From the NCBI GenBank assembly GCA_947496715.1, contig CANMDT010000003.1, positions 13,112 to 77,111 on the forward strand: a DNA stretch of 64,000 nt, in the 5' to 3' direction. How positions within the stretch are numbered: position 1 is the first letter of the stretch; the number at the start of each line of letters is the position of its first letter. The stretch comes from Myxococcales bacterium (GTDB taxonomy: Bacteria > Myxococcota_A > Bradymonadia > REDH01). Made by a program: the position numbers and the translations under genes. Of the stretch, positions 16,684 through 25,702 are shown piece by piece. The notes beneath the pieces were generated by a model, which was given only the letters and a program-made list of their open reading frames with translations, did not search any database and was not told where the DNA came from.

Positions 16684-18506
16684 CGCGTGAGCCGTCGTCG
16701 GAAGGTTGGGGCAGGGGTAGGACGCAGGGCGTCGGCGCGGTGTCTGCAACCTTCGGCTCTGTCGCCCATGCCGATCGCCGAAAAGGCCGACGCGAGCTGT
16801 TCCCACGGCCGGACATAGTCCTGTGCGACCAACCCGGCCCAGCTACCGACGACCGCCGGATACTCGGGCAGCCAGTAGTGGTCGAATAGCTCTGCATTCA
16901 ACCGCTCGACCTCGAGCGGATGCGGCGGCGAGGAGCCCCGAGGCAGTACGCGGTAGAGCAGGCCTGCAGGGTAGGTGGCGAAGTTCTTCGGGATGCCTGA
17001 AGAGAAGATATTGGTAACGAACAGGGGCCTACCCGCGCTCAAGACCGCGTCAGCAATCGCGACGGTGCTGACGGTTTCACCCTCGGGCTCCGGCAGCGTA
17101 AGACCGGTGCGCTCCGCCATGCGATGGCGGTACCAATCGTAGTGCATCATCGTCGGGTCGAGGTACTGCACATCGGCCCGCTCACCGAGTGCGGCCTGAT
17201 GGTAGAGGAAGCCGAAGAGCCGGTGATCCTCGGTGCCCATGATGACCGCCCGTGCAGGTACAGAGACCAGCACATTCTCCACATAGCGGGAGACATCGGG
17301 GCGATGGTGTTCGCGCACCTGCTGAAACGACATCGCTGCGCACAGCGTGATGAGAGCACCGAGGATTGAAAACTGCACATCGTTTCGCAACTCGAGCCGC
17401 CGAAACCAACCCTCAAATCCGAGCGCGACAAAGACAGAGCCGATCGTCAGCGGCAGCAGATAGAACCGCTCCACGACGCGCGCTGCAACACCCACAGGCG
17501 ACAAGTTCAGCCGCGAAACAAAGAGCGGCCCCACACACACCAGCGTGACGACGAGGAAAACGACGGCGCGGCGCGGCGGCATCTGCGCGAAACGGTTCCG
17601 CGCCGACAGCAGCCAGACTGTGCCTCCCAAAAATGCGATGAACCCGATCCAGTAGGTCTGCTCCATGAGGGCGATGGTGAGCGCGCCCACCTGGGTCCAG
17701 GCGTCAACCTTGTCTGCACGGATGCCGAGTTGCAGCGTCCCGAAGTCGGCGCGCAGGATGTGGTGTGCCAGCCCCTCCAGCGCCGTGAAGTCACCCCATA
17801 CCCAGAGCGCTTCCGGGCTGGCAGCCTGGCTTGCAAGAAGCGCGTAGGGGAGCAGTCCAGCCAGAGCTGCGCCGAGCGCAACCCCCAGCGCACGGAGCGG
17901 CGCGACCGACTCTCGGATGCCGACCACAAGCCCGTAGAAGCCGATCGGGGCCATCAGTACAGCAGAGTGATGGTTGGAGAGCGCCAGCCCGGCCAGCAGG
18001 CCGAGCAGGCCTGCACGGAGGGTGCCTCGATGGGGCGAGAGGGGGCCAGCAACTGCGACCATGCAAACGCAGAGTGCTGCGTTGAGTACAAAGACCTCGG
18101 GGCTGGTCGACAGCGACCAGGTGAGCGGAGCGAAGGCCCAGATCACCACCGCAACGCCCGCCGCCAGCGGCTCGGCACCCCAGGCGATAGCAGCACGAAA
18201 GAGCGCCACGGCAGCCCCCATCCCCATCACTGCCGTAAGGAACGAGGCCCGCGCAGCGGGCGATGCAATGGGCACAAAGTCCATCAGCCGAAGCAGCATC
18301 GTGTAGAGCGGATAGCCGGGCGGATGCGCCACGCCCGGACCACCCGCCAGCGTCGCAAACTCGCCGGCGTCGCCACCCAGCACCTCGGTGGAGAGCGTCG
18401 CTCCATACACCACAGCGATGCAGCCGAAGAGCAGCAGCATCAGCCCCTTGGGCCCCACCAGCCAGGCGAGGGTCTCGTGGCGCCCGCCCTGGCCCTCGCT
18501 AAGCAA
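16680..18506 (-). CDS. DUF2723-family (TMEM260-like) GT-C membrane protein
   Basis: GDAGEF...GVAHPPGYPLY, EVFVLN, LSNHH, WGD motifs; many TM segments. Confidence 0.78.
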   Translation of the reverse strand: MLSEGQGGRHETLAWLVGPKGLMLLLFGCIAVVYGATLSTEVLGGDAGEFATLAGGPGVAHPPGYPLYTMLLRLMDFVPIASPAARASFLTAVMGMGAAVALFRAAIAWGAEPLAAGVAVVIWAFAPLTWSLSTSPEVFVLNAALCVCMVAVAGPLSPHRGTLRAGLLGLLAGLALSNHHSAVLMAPIGFYGLVVGIRESVAPLRALGVALGAALAGLLPYALLASQAASPEALWVWGDFTALEGLAHHILRADFGTLQLGIRADKVDAWTQVGALTIALMEQTYWIGFIAFLGGTVWLLSARNRFAQMPPRRAVVFLVVTLVCVGPLFVSRLNLSPVGVAARVVERFYLLPLTIGSVFVALGFEGWFRRLELRNDVQFSILGALITLCAAMSFQQVREHHRPDVSRYVENVLVSVPARAVIMGTEDHRLFGFLYHQAALGERADVQYLDPTMMHYDWYRHRMAERTGLTLPEPEGETVSTVAIADAVLSAGRPLFVTNIFSSGIPKNFATYPAGLLYRVLPRGSSPPHPLEVERLNAELFDHYWLPEYPAVVGSWAGLVAQDYVRPWEQLASAFSAIGMGDRAEGCRHRADALRPTPAPTFRRRLTR

Positions 18507-19179
18507 ACCGCACCAGCGTCAGCCAGAGGCAGAAGAGCACCAGTGCTGTGCCAGCCCAACCCCAGGCGCGCTGCCAGACAAAGCTGCCGTCGGCGCGGAG
18601 GCCAAACCAGGCAAACCCGGCCACCGCGCCCAGCCAGCCCACGAAGCCGAGCGACCCTGCGAGCGCGAGCCAAGGATTGGGGCGGCGAGCCTCGTAGCCA
18701 TCGAGCTGCGCAAGATAGCGCGCCTGATCGTCCGGCTTCGCCTTGCCCGAGAGGCGCCGCTCCGCCGCCATCCGCGCGGCGATCTCGGCGTGCAGCCGGG
18801 GCAACCGCTCCGCGTGCGGTGTGTAGAGACCGCGGGTGAGCATGATGGAGGTGCGCGCGCTCCGGAGCGCAACGAGCGCCAGGTCACCCTGTCCGGTGGC
18901 GTCAGCCTTGGCGGCAACCTCATCGAGCAGGCTCAGACCGGCCTCGGAGCAGCTGTCGAGCGGAACATACCACTCCGCCGCGTGCCGAGCCGAGAGCACC
19001 GCCGATGCCAGGTCACCCGCTGCGAAAAATCCCTCTGCAGCATGCAGTTCTCGGCGGCACGAGACGGCGGCCCTACCGGCCGCTACTGCGAAGAGGCCCA
19101 CAAGCAGCAGCGCCACCAAACCCAGCCCTCTGGCGATCTTCCCCGGGCCCCACGGCCGCTCATCACGCGGTTCGACCAT
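18499..19179 (-). CDS. Hypothetical membrane protein in the pil operon
   Basis: 226 aa, N-terminal and C-terminal TM segments, tightly packed between the ABC permease and DUF2723 gene. Confidence 0.6.
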   Translation of the reverse strand: MVEPRDERPWGPGKIARGLGLVALLLVGLFAVAAGRAAVSCRRELHAAEGFFAAGDLASAVLSARHAAEWYVPLDSCSEAGLSLLDEVAAKADATGQGDLALVALRSARTSIMLTRGLYTPHAERLPRLHAEIAARMAAERRLSGKAKPDDQARYLAQLDGYEARRPNPWLALAGSLGFVGWLGAVAGFAWFGLRADGSFVWQRAWGWAGTALVLFCLWLTLVRFA

Positions 19180-19185
19180 GAAGCC

Positions 19186-19953
19186 TCAGATGAAGTCGCG
19201 GCGACGGAAGATGAAGATGGCAGCACCCATCGCAACCACGATGTAACCCAGGCCATAGAGCGTGACAGCGCCGAAGTAGGCCAGCCCGACGGGGTAGCCG
19301 TAGGTCAGCTGCGTCGTGATGGTGAAGAAATTGAGATCCGGCGCCAGCGCCACAATCCCCTGCAGCAGGTGGCGCGAAGCGGGCTCCTCCACCTTGTCGA
19401 GGAAGGCTGCCAGCTCCTGCACCAGCCGGCCGATGAGCCAGACGCCAAGCGTGATGAAACCCGACACATAGGGCGTCGAGAAGGAGCCACAGAAGAGCGC
19501 AAACGAAGCGATCATGACCGACTCAACATAGGTCAGCCAGAAGGCGCCCAGCAGCTGCAGGTCGACCGACCCGCCGCGCAGTAGCAGGGTCGCAGAGAGC
19601 GCGGCCGCCATGAGCAGCAGCTGCACCGCAAGCGTCATCGCGATGCCGCCGAACTTGCCGAGGAAGTAGGTGGCCCGATCGATGGGCTTGGAGAGCACAT
19701 TGTAGAGCGTCTTGCGCTCGATCTCCTGGAAGACCGAGGTGATGCCGAGGAAGATGGCGATGATGTCGCCGAAGAGGTTGATGGAGAACAGGCCGATGTC
19801 GAGCAGGAACCGGCTGTCTTGATGCACCGATGCCGAGCCGAGCACCACCGACAGCAGGATGAGCAGGATGGCGAAGAAGAGGATGGAGTAGAGGATCTTG
19901 TTCCTCACTGCCTCGCGGAAGGAGTAGAGCGCGATGGCCGCAACGGTCTTCAT
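19186..19953 (-). CDS. ABC transporter permease, Myxococcus PilI-like
   Basis: IALYSFREAVRNK, EIERKTLYNVLSKPIDR..YFLGKF; position matches the myxobacterial pilG-pilH-pilI order. Confidence 0.82.
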   Translation of the reverse strand: MKTVAAIALYSFREAVRNKILYSILFFAILLILLSVVLGSASVHQDSRFLLDIGLFSINLFGDIIAIFLGITSVFQEIERKTLYNVLSKPIDRATYFLGKFGGIAMTLAVQLLLMAAALSATLLLRGGSVDLQLLGAFWLTYVESVMIASFALFCGSFSTPYVSGFITLGVWLIGRLVQELAAFLDKVEEPASRHLLQGIVALAPDLNFFTITTQLTYGYPVGLAYFGAVTLYGLGYIVVAMGAAIFIFRRRDFI

Positions 19954-20900
19954 GGTGCCTCCTTCCGAGCAGCCTCGAGGAGGAAGATATCTTCGAGCCG
20001 CTGGCGGTGCGGCGCGACGGAGAGCACCGATCCGCCGGCAGTCAACACCGCCTGCAGGAAGCCGTCCAGGGAGGCCTCTGGCGCGAGCAGGTAGCGGGTG
20101 GTCCCGAGCGGCTCACGCGTGGTCCGGGTGGCCAGCGCCGCCAGCCCCGCCAGCCCTGCCTCGCCGCCGCGCACGACAACCTCCACATCACGCAGCGAGC
20201 CGTCCACCAGCTCGTCCAAGCGGCCCACTTTGCGCACCGTGCCGCCCACCATCATCGCCACCCGATCGCAGATCTGCTCCACGTCGGGCAGGATATGGCT
20301 CGAGAAGAGCACCGTCTTGCCCTCATCACGGAGCGACTCGATGATCTGGCGCACATCGCGCCGACCCATCGGATCGAGCCCCGACTGCGGCTCATCCAGA
20401 ATCACAAGCTCGGCGTCCGGCAGCAGCGCCTGGGCCAGCCCAACCCGCTGCAGCATGCCCTTGCTGAACTTGCGCAGCTGCTTGTCGCCCACCTGCCCCA
20501 GCCCCACACGGTCGAGGAGCTCGGGGATGCGCCGCGCCGCTGCCTTGCTGTCCATGCCATAGAGGTGGGCAAAGTAGGTGAGCAGCTCGTCGGCGCGGAG
20601 GTAGTCGTAGAAGTGGGGCGTCTCGGGGAGGAAGCCAACTTTGGCGCGCGATGCGGCCTGCGAGGCATCGATGCCGAAGATGGTCGCGCTGCCGGCATCG
20701 GGCTTGATGAGCCCCATCAGGATCTTCAGCGTCGTCGTCTTGCCCGCGCCGTTGGGTCCGATGAGGCCGAAGATCTCGCCCCGCTGCACCGAAAACGAGG
20801 CGTGCCGTACCGCAGCCACCTGCTTGCGCCAGAAGCCGATGCGGAAGGTCTTCTCCAGCCCGGAGATCTCGACCACCGTCTCTGCCGAAACACTACCCAT
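19950..20900 (-). CDS. ABC transporter ATPase, Myxococcus PilH-like
   Basis: GPNGAGKTT, FSKGMLQR, ILDEP, SSH; upstream of the PilI-like permease. Confidence 0.88.
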   Translation of the reverse strand: MGSVSAETVVEISGLEKTFRIGFWRKQVAAVRHASFSVQRGEIFGLIGPNGAGKTTTLKILMGLIKPDAGSATIFGIDASQAASRAKVGFLPETPHFYDYLRADELLTYFAHLYGMDSKAAARRIPELLDRVGLGQVGDKQLRKFSKGMLQRVGLAQALLPDAELVILDEPQSGLDPMGRRDVRQIIESLRDEGKTVLFSSHILPDVEQICDRVAMMVGGTVRKVGRLDELVDGSLRDVEVVVRGGEAGLAGLAALATRTTREPLGTTRYLLAPEASLDGFLQAVLTAGGSVLSVAPHRQRLEDIFLLEAARKEAP

Positions 20901-22020
20901 GAAGCCCCTCCAGCCACTCGCTCTCCACCAGACGCAACGCAGCTACCACGGTCTCCACCTCCGACATCTCCATCTTCGGATGCAGCGGCAGCGAAAGCAA
21001 CTCTGACGCGCCGGCTGTCGCAACGGGGTAGGCCTCGGGAAGCGAGCCGAGATGCTCGCGGTAGAAGGGCTGCGACGCACAGCTGTAGGTCCCCATCGTG
21101 GTCTCGACGCCAAGCTCCCGCATGCGTGCGACGACCCTCGGACGAGGCGTCTGCCCGCGCCACCAGACCACGAAGGCCTGAAAGACGGCACCCGGGTCTC
21201 GCCAGCCTGCGGGAATCTCAACGAGCGGCTCCTCCTGCAGCACCTCCAGGTAGCGCTCGCCGAGGCTCCTGCGCGCCGCGATGATGCCCTCCAGCCGCTC
21301 CATCTGACCCACACCGAGCGCGCCACCCAGCTCCGAGAGCCGGTAGTTCAGTCCCGCATCCAGAAAGGTCATCCCCTCGCCGCCGGGCTCCATGCCATGA
21401 TTGCGCAACCGACGGAGCCGGCGGGCCAGTGCCGCGTCTCTGGTCACCAGCAGACCGCCCTCCCCTGTCGTCACAATCTTACGCGGATGCAGGCTCACGC
21501 AACCCACCCAGCCGATGCTTCCGGCCATCGCTCCGCCAACCCGCGTCCCAATCGCGCAGGCCGCATCTTCGATCAGCCGCACCGACGGCGCGCGCTGCTC
21601 GAGCATCGCAGCCATCTCGACCACAGGCGCAGCCAGACCAAACAGATGCACCGCGATGACGGCCCGTGTCGCCGGCGACAGCGCAGCCTCCACCTCCGCT
21701 ACGCCCGGCGAGAGCGTTGCGGGGTCCATGTCGACAAACACCGGCGTTGCACCCTCACGCACCACGCAGTTTGCCACGGAGGGCCAGGTGAAGGTTGGCA
21801 GGATAACCTCGTCACCGGGCCGCAGGTCGAGCGCCATCAACGCCAGGTGGACCGCCGCCGTACCGCTCGAGCAGGCCACTACCTCAGCGCCGAGGAAGGC
21901 CGCCGCAAGCGCCTCCGTCTCGGCCACCATCTTGCCCTGAATCAGCATCCCCGAAGCAAGCACCTCGGCGATGCGCTCCAGATCGCGCGGCTCAAAGCTG
22001 GGGTGGCTGAGCCGGATCAT
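20893..22020 (-). CDS. DegT/ArnB-like sugar aminotransferase
   Basis: SSGTAAVHL, IEDAACAIG, SLHPRKIVTTGEGG, NYRLSE, SLPLHP. Confidence 0.9.
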   Translation of the reverse strand: MIRLSHPSFEPRDLERIAEVLASGMLIQGKMVAETEALAAAFLGAEVVACSSGTAAVHLALMALDLRPGDEVILPTFTWPSVANCVVREGATPVFVDMDPATLSPGVAEVEAALSPATRAVIAVHLFGLAAPVVEMAAMLEQRAPSVRLIEDAACAIGTRVGGAMAGSIGWVGCVSLHPRKIVTTGEGGLLVTRDAALARRLRRLRNHGMEPGGEGMTFLDAGLNYRLSELGGALGVGQMERLEGIIAARRSLGERYLEVLQEEPLVEIPAGWRDPGAVFQAFVVWWRGQTPRPRVVARMRELGVETTMGTYSCASQPFYREHLGSLPEAYPVATAGASELLSLPLHPKMEMSEVETVVAALRLVESEWLEGLHG

Positions 22021-22985
22021 GCCCCCGTCCTGTACCAGGCTACCGTCCGCTCGATGCCGGCGCGAAGGTCGATCTCAGGCGCAAAGCCGAGCAGTGCGCG
22101 GGCCCGGTCGATGCTCGGGATGCGGACCTCGATGTCGGGATAGTCCCGCGACTCTGAGACGATGGGCGACGATGAGCCCGAAACTTCAACAATGAGCTCG
22201 GCCAGTTCGCGCACCGAGACGGTCGCCTCCGGGTTGCCCAGGTTGAAGGCCTGACCGACTGCCTCGTCGCGCTCCATGGTCGCGATGGTGCCAGTGACCA
22301 TGTCGTCGACGAAGAGCCAGGAGCGGAGCTGCGCGCCGTCGTTATGAACCACCAGCGGCTCTCCAAGCAGCGCCTTGCGCACAAAGTGGTGAATGGCGCC
22401 CTCCCCTACTTGGCGCGGGCCGTAGACATTGAAGGGACGCACGGTCGCAACCTGCAGACCATGTTCGCGCCCGAAGGCGTGAGCGAGGTGCTCCACGGCG
22501 AGTTTGGCCGAGGCGTAGGTCCAGCGGCTCTGCGACACGGGCCCCACGGCGGTGTCATCGGACTCCGACACATTGCGCGCCTGGCGGCCGTAGACCTCCG
22601 AGGTGGAGAAGACCACGACCCTCGGAGGAACGGGCTGCGCGATGGCTGCATCGAGCACCGCGAAGGTGCCCTGAATCGCCACCCGCATGGTTCGGACGGG
22701 GTGGTTGAGCACCGTGGCCACGCCGGCGATGGAGGCGAGGTGGTAGACATGGTCCACGCCCTGCATCGCCGCTGCGACGCCGGCGCCATCGAGCACATCC
22801 CCGCGCAGGAGTGTGACGGCAGGATGGGCATGGAGGCCGGTTCCGGCGAGGGCGTTGCGGGCGAAGGTATCGAGGATGCGTATATCGCAACGGTCTGCGA
22901 GGCGGAGCGCGAGCGTGCTCCCGATGAAGCCCGCACCCCCGGTGATGAGGGCAACAGGCCGGCGCGTTGTGGAGCTGCTTATCAC
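22017..22985 (-). CDS. NAD-dependent epimerase/dehydratase, UDP-glucuronate decarboxylase/ArnA-C-like
   Basis: ITGGAGFIGS, FSTSEVYG, RWTYASAK (YxxxK), RPFNVYGPR, RSWLFVDD. Confidence 0.85.
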   Translation of the reverse strand: MISSSTTRRPVALITGGAGFIGSTLALRLADRCDIRILDTFARNALAGTGLHAHPAVTLLRGDVLDGAGVAAAMQGVDHVYHLASIAGVATVLNHPVRTMRVAIQGTFAVLDAAIAQPVPPRVVVFSTSEVYGRQARNVSESDDTAVGPVSQSRWTYASAKLAVEHLAHAFGREHGLQVATVRPFNVYGPRQVGEGAIHHFVRKALLGEPLVVHNDGAQLRSWLFVDDMVTGTIATMERDEAVGQAFNLGNPEATVSVRELAELIVEVSGSSSPIVSESRDYPDIEVRIPSIDRARALLGFAPEIDLRAGIERTVAWYRTGA

Positions 22986-23956
22986 TCTGCCTCGTCGATG
23001 GTCGGTATGGCCAGTTCAGAGGCCGAAAAGAGGAGTCGCGGCTCGGGATGAAGTTGCAGCGACGTTTCGGCCGCGAGCGCTCCCCAAAGGAGCTCGTTGC
23101 GGAGCGCGACAAGCACCTGCCGCTCCTGCAGCAGCGCGTGCAACTCGGGCCCGCGAAGCGCCCCTCCCAGCTGGGTGCGGAGCGAACGCACCTGATCTGC
23201 GCCGTCGTCGGCAAGGAGTCCTGCGCGGGCAGTAGCGAAGGCCTCCGCGCGGCTGCCGGACTTGCGCGCGATCGTGGCGGCTGCGAGCCGGATGGTGGAT
23301 GATGCCTCGGGCGTACTAGCGGCCGCGATGAGTGCCTGCCGACCGAGCCGCTGTGCACGCTCTTTGTCTGCGGCGTTCACGTGCTGGTACTCAAACAGGT
23401 AGTTAACCGCGAGCATGGAGAGCAGCACCGAGTCGCCGGGAAATCGCTCCAATCCCCGCTCAAGGTGGCGATTGGAGGCATTGACGGAGTCGTTGTTGAT
23501 CAGGGAACCATACATGACGATGGTGCCCGCCCACTCGTAGACGATGCGGTAACGAGGGTCGACGCCGACGACGGCGTCGATGTGCTGGTCCATCCAGTGC
23601 GGGTCGCGTGCGAGCCCGTAGGTCTGCGCGAACTGTGAGAGCGCATTGAGCCAGAGCAGGTCGGCGGCGGCCTCGTAGTGCCCTAACGAGAGCAGCCGCC
23701 ACGCGGTCGCGGAGGAGGCGGGCGACGTAGCGACGCTCCGCGAAGGGATGGGCTCGCCGGCCCGGAGCAGCGTCGCACTGAGCTTGGCCTGCGCGATGAA
23801 GGCAGCGCCCACAAGACAGGCGACCGCGGGCAGCAGCGAGGCGATCCGGGCGGGTTTCGATGTCGCGAGGAGTTGCACGGTTCGACCAGCGAGACGGGAG
23901 CGGCAGAGGCCTGCCGCAACTTTGGAACCGTTAGGCGAAACCGGCGCCGCTGTCAT
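22982..23956 (-). CDS. Pilin accessory protein, Myxococcus PilG-like
   Basis: N-terminal TM, ADLLWLNALSQF...VDPRYRIVYEWAG...LERGLERFP helical pattern; immediately downstream of the pilins. Confidence 0.6.
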   Translation of the reverse strand: MTAAPVSPNGSKVAAGLCRSRLAGRTVQLLATSKPARIASLLPAVACLVGAAFIAQAKLSATLLRAGEPIPSRSVATSPASSATAWRLLSLGHYEAAADLLWLNALSQFAQTYGLARDPHWMDQHIDAVVGVDPRYRIVYEWAGTIVMYGSLINNDSVNASNRHLERGLERFPGDSVLLSMLAVNYLFEYQHVNAADKERAQRLGRQALIAAASTPEASSTIRLAAATIARKSGSRAEAFATARAGLLADDGADQVRSLRTQLGGALRGPELHALLQERQVLVALRNELLWGALAAETSLQLHPEPRLLFSASELAIPTIDEAE

Positions 23957-23991
23957 GATCAGGTCGACGGGAAAGTGCGGCAGGAGGCGAC

Positions 23992-24024
23992 AAAAACGAA
24001 GAGAGCCAGCCCGGGGGCTGGCTC
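23992..24024 (-). terminator. Probable terminator/attenuator hairpin after the second major pilin
   Basis: GAGCCAGCC-cggg-GGCTGGCTC 9-bp stem followed on the minus strand by TCTTCGTTTTT. Confidence 0.6.
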
Positions 24025-24044
24025 GTCATCCTACACGGATTCGA

Positions 24045-24575
24045 TTACTCGATTTCCTTGTCGATGTAGAGGCCGGCACCGCCCTTGATCTCCATCGCGA
24101 TGACGGAGGCGACGCGGGTGAAGGTGGCGAATTCGGCGTCACCGTCGAGGTTACCATAGGCTGTTGCCGTGAACTTGGCCTGGTTGGTGGTCGAACCGTT
24201 CGAGTTGTACTGGTAGGCGTAGTAGCTCGGGTCGGAGACGGCGAACTGCAGTGCGTTCCAGGTGGGCACTCCGTCCCACGAGGAGGGCGCCGTGGTGACC
24301 TTCACATCGCCGATGGTGGCGAGCAGCGGGAGGGGACCGGCGGTGTCGGGGAAGCTGGCGGCAAGGATGCCGCCGCCCGTGCCGGCGTGCTCGGAGGCGA
24401 AGTAGGTGACGGAGGCATCGAAGAGCTTCCGGACGTTCATCGTGGCTTCGGCCGTCTTGGCGCGCTTGATGTACTTGAGGAAGGCCGGAATCGCGACGGC
24501 GGCAAGGATGCCGAGGATGGCGACGACGATCATGAGCTCAATGAGGGTGAATCCCTTGCGGTTACGGACGGACAT
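24045..24575 (-). CDS. pilA: Type IVa major pilin, paralog 2 (176 aa)
   Basis: [27 protein letters not shown] class III signal peptide with Glu5; DxDGD motif near the C-terminus. Confidence 0.88.
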   Translation of the reverse strand: MSVRNRKGFTLIELMIVVAILGILAAVAIPAFLKYIKRAKTAEATMNVRKLFDASVTYFASEHAGTGGGILAASFPDTAGPLPLLATIGDVKVTTAPSSWDGVPTWNALQFAVSDPSYYAYQYNSNGSTTNQAKFTATAYGNLDGDAEFATFTRVASVIAMEIKGGAGLYIDKEIE

Positions 24576-24619
24576 GGTGCCTCGATGTCTTTTGGGGGGA
24601 GAGAGTCAGGTAGAGGTGA

Positions 24620-24635
24620 TGCACAAGTTGGGCCA
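24620..24635 (-). promoter_or_regulatory. Possible sigma54 promoter of pilin paralog 2
   Basis: Minus strand TGGCCCAACTTGTGCA, GG-N10-GC spacing, 45 bp upstream of the ATG. Confidence 0.4.
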
Positions 24636-24791
24636 TTGTGACGATCTTCACTCGCACAGGCAAACAAATTGTGCATCGCAAGGAAAGACAAGGCCTCGCG
24701 AGATACGAGGAGCCCGGAGAGCTGCCGTGCAGGGCGCATCGTCGTCCAGCCAAAGGCGACAAAAGTTGTCAGACGGTCTGGGTGGCGGACG

Positions 24792-24829
24792 AAAAACGCC
24801 GAACGGCCAGCCAAAAACGCCGAACGGCC
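24792..24829. repeat. 17-bp direct repeat (AAAAACGCCGAACGGCC x2, 21-bp period)
   Basis: Exact copies at 24792-24808 and 24813-24829 between the two pilins. Confidence 0.8.
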
Positions 24830-24878
24830 GGCGATGAATTCGCCGACCGCCCGGGGTGACCGAATGGGTCGGGATCGA

Positions 24879-25409
24879 TTACTCGATCTCCTTGTCGATG
24901 TAGAGACCGGCGCCGCCCTTGACTTCCATGTCAATGACCGAGCCGACGCGGGTGAACGTCGAGAAGATGGCATCGCCATCAAGGTTGCCGAAGGCGGTGG
25001 CGGTGAACTTCGAGTCGTTGGTCACGCCAACCGAGTCGTACTGGTAGGCGAAGTAGGACGGGTCGGAGACCGAGAACTGGAGGGAGTTCCAGGTGTCGTC
25101 CGCGTCCCACGACGAGGGCAGCGTGGTGATCTTGACGTCGCCGATCGTGGCAAGCGTGGGAAGGGTCGCCGTGGTGGCCGAGAACTGGGCCTGGATGATG
25201 GCGCCAGCGGGCGAGGTGTGCTCACCAGCGAAGTAGGTGACCGACGAGTCGTACAGCTTGCGGACGTTCATCGTCGCCTCGGTCGTCTTCGAGCGCTTGA
25301 TGTACTTGAGGAAGGCCGGGATGGCGACCGCGGCGAGGATGCCGAGGATCGCGACAACGATCATGAGCTCGATGAGCGTGAAACCCTTGCGATTGTTGAT
25401 GCTGTTCAT
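24879..25409 (-). CDS. pilA: Type IVa major pilin, paralog 1 (176 aa)
   Basis: [33 protein letters not shown]; GAGGAG RBS; start moved to ATG 25409. Confidence 0.92.
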   Translation of the reverse strand: MNSINNRKGFTLIELMIVVAILGILAAVAIPAFLKYIKRSKTTEATMNVRKLYDSSVTYFAGEHTSPAGAIIQAQFSATTATLPTLATIGDVKITTLPSSWDADDTWNSLQFSVSDPSYFAYQYDSVGVTNDSKFTATAFGNLDGDAIFSTFTRVGSVIDMEVKGGAGLYIDKEIE

Positions 25410-25467
25410 TGCTTCTCTCCTCAAATGTGGTGGCGGAATTGCCACCGGGGTTGGATGTCTGTTTGGA

Positions 25468-25484
25468 TGCGACCTTCGTGCCAA
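25468..25484 (-). promoter_or_regulatory. Sigma54 promoter of pilA
   Basis: Minus strand TTGGCACGAAGGTCGCA (TGGCACG-N4-TCGCA), preceded by an AT-rich tract at about 25515-25570; PilR-type activator encoded upstream. Confidence 0.72.
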
Positions 25485-25702
25485 GTCTGAAGAGCGAAAA
25501 GATCAAGGGGCCTAGTATTGAACTATATACATGAACTTAAACGAAAAAATCTACATAACTGTTTTTTCGAAACTGGCTGGCAGTGACCGCGTGCGACAAC
25601 TCTCTTTCCGTTTACTCACGCATACCTGAAGGGCTGCCCGATACCTGTGCCCAATTTTGTCAGCCGCGTGCGCTCGCCCGTCTGTTTTTGGTCAGATCCG
25701 AC

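Noticed and set aside
24792-24829. Mini-CRISPR interpretation of the 17-bp repeat
   Set aside because: Only two copies with a 4-bp spacer and no cas genes.
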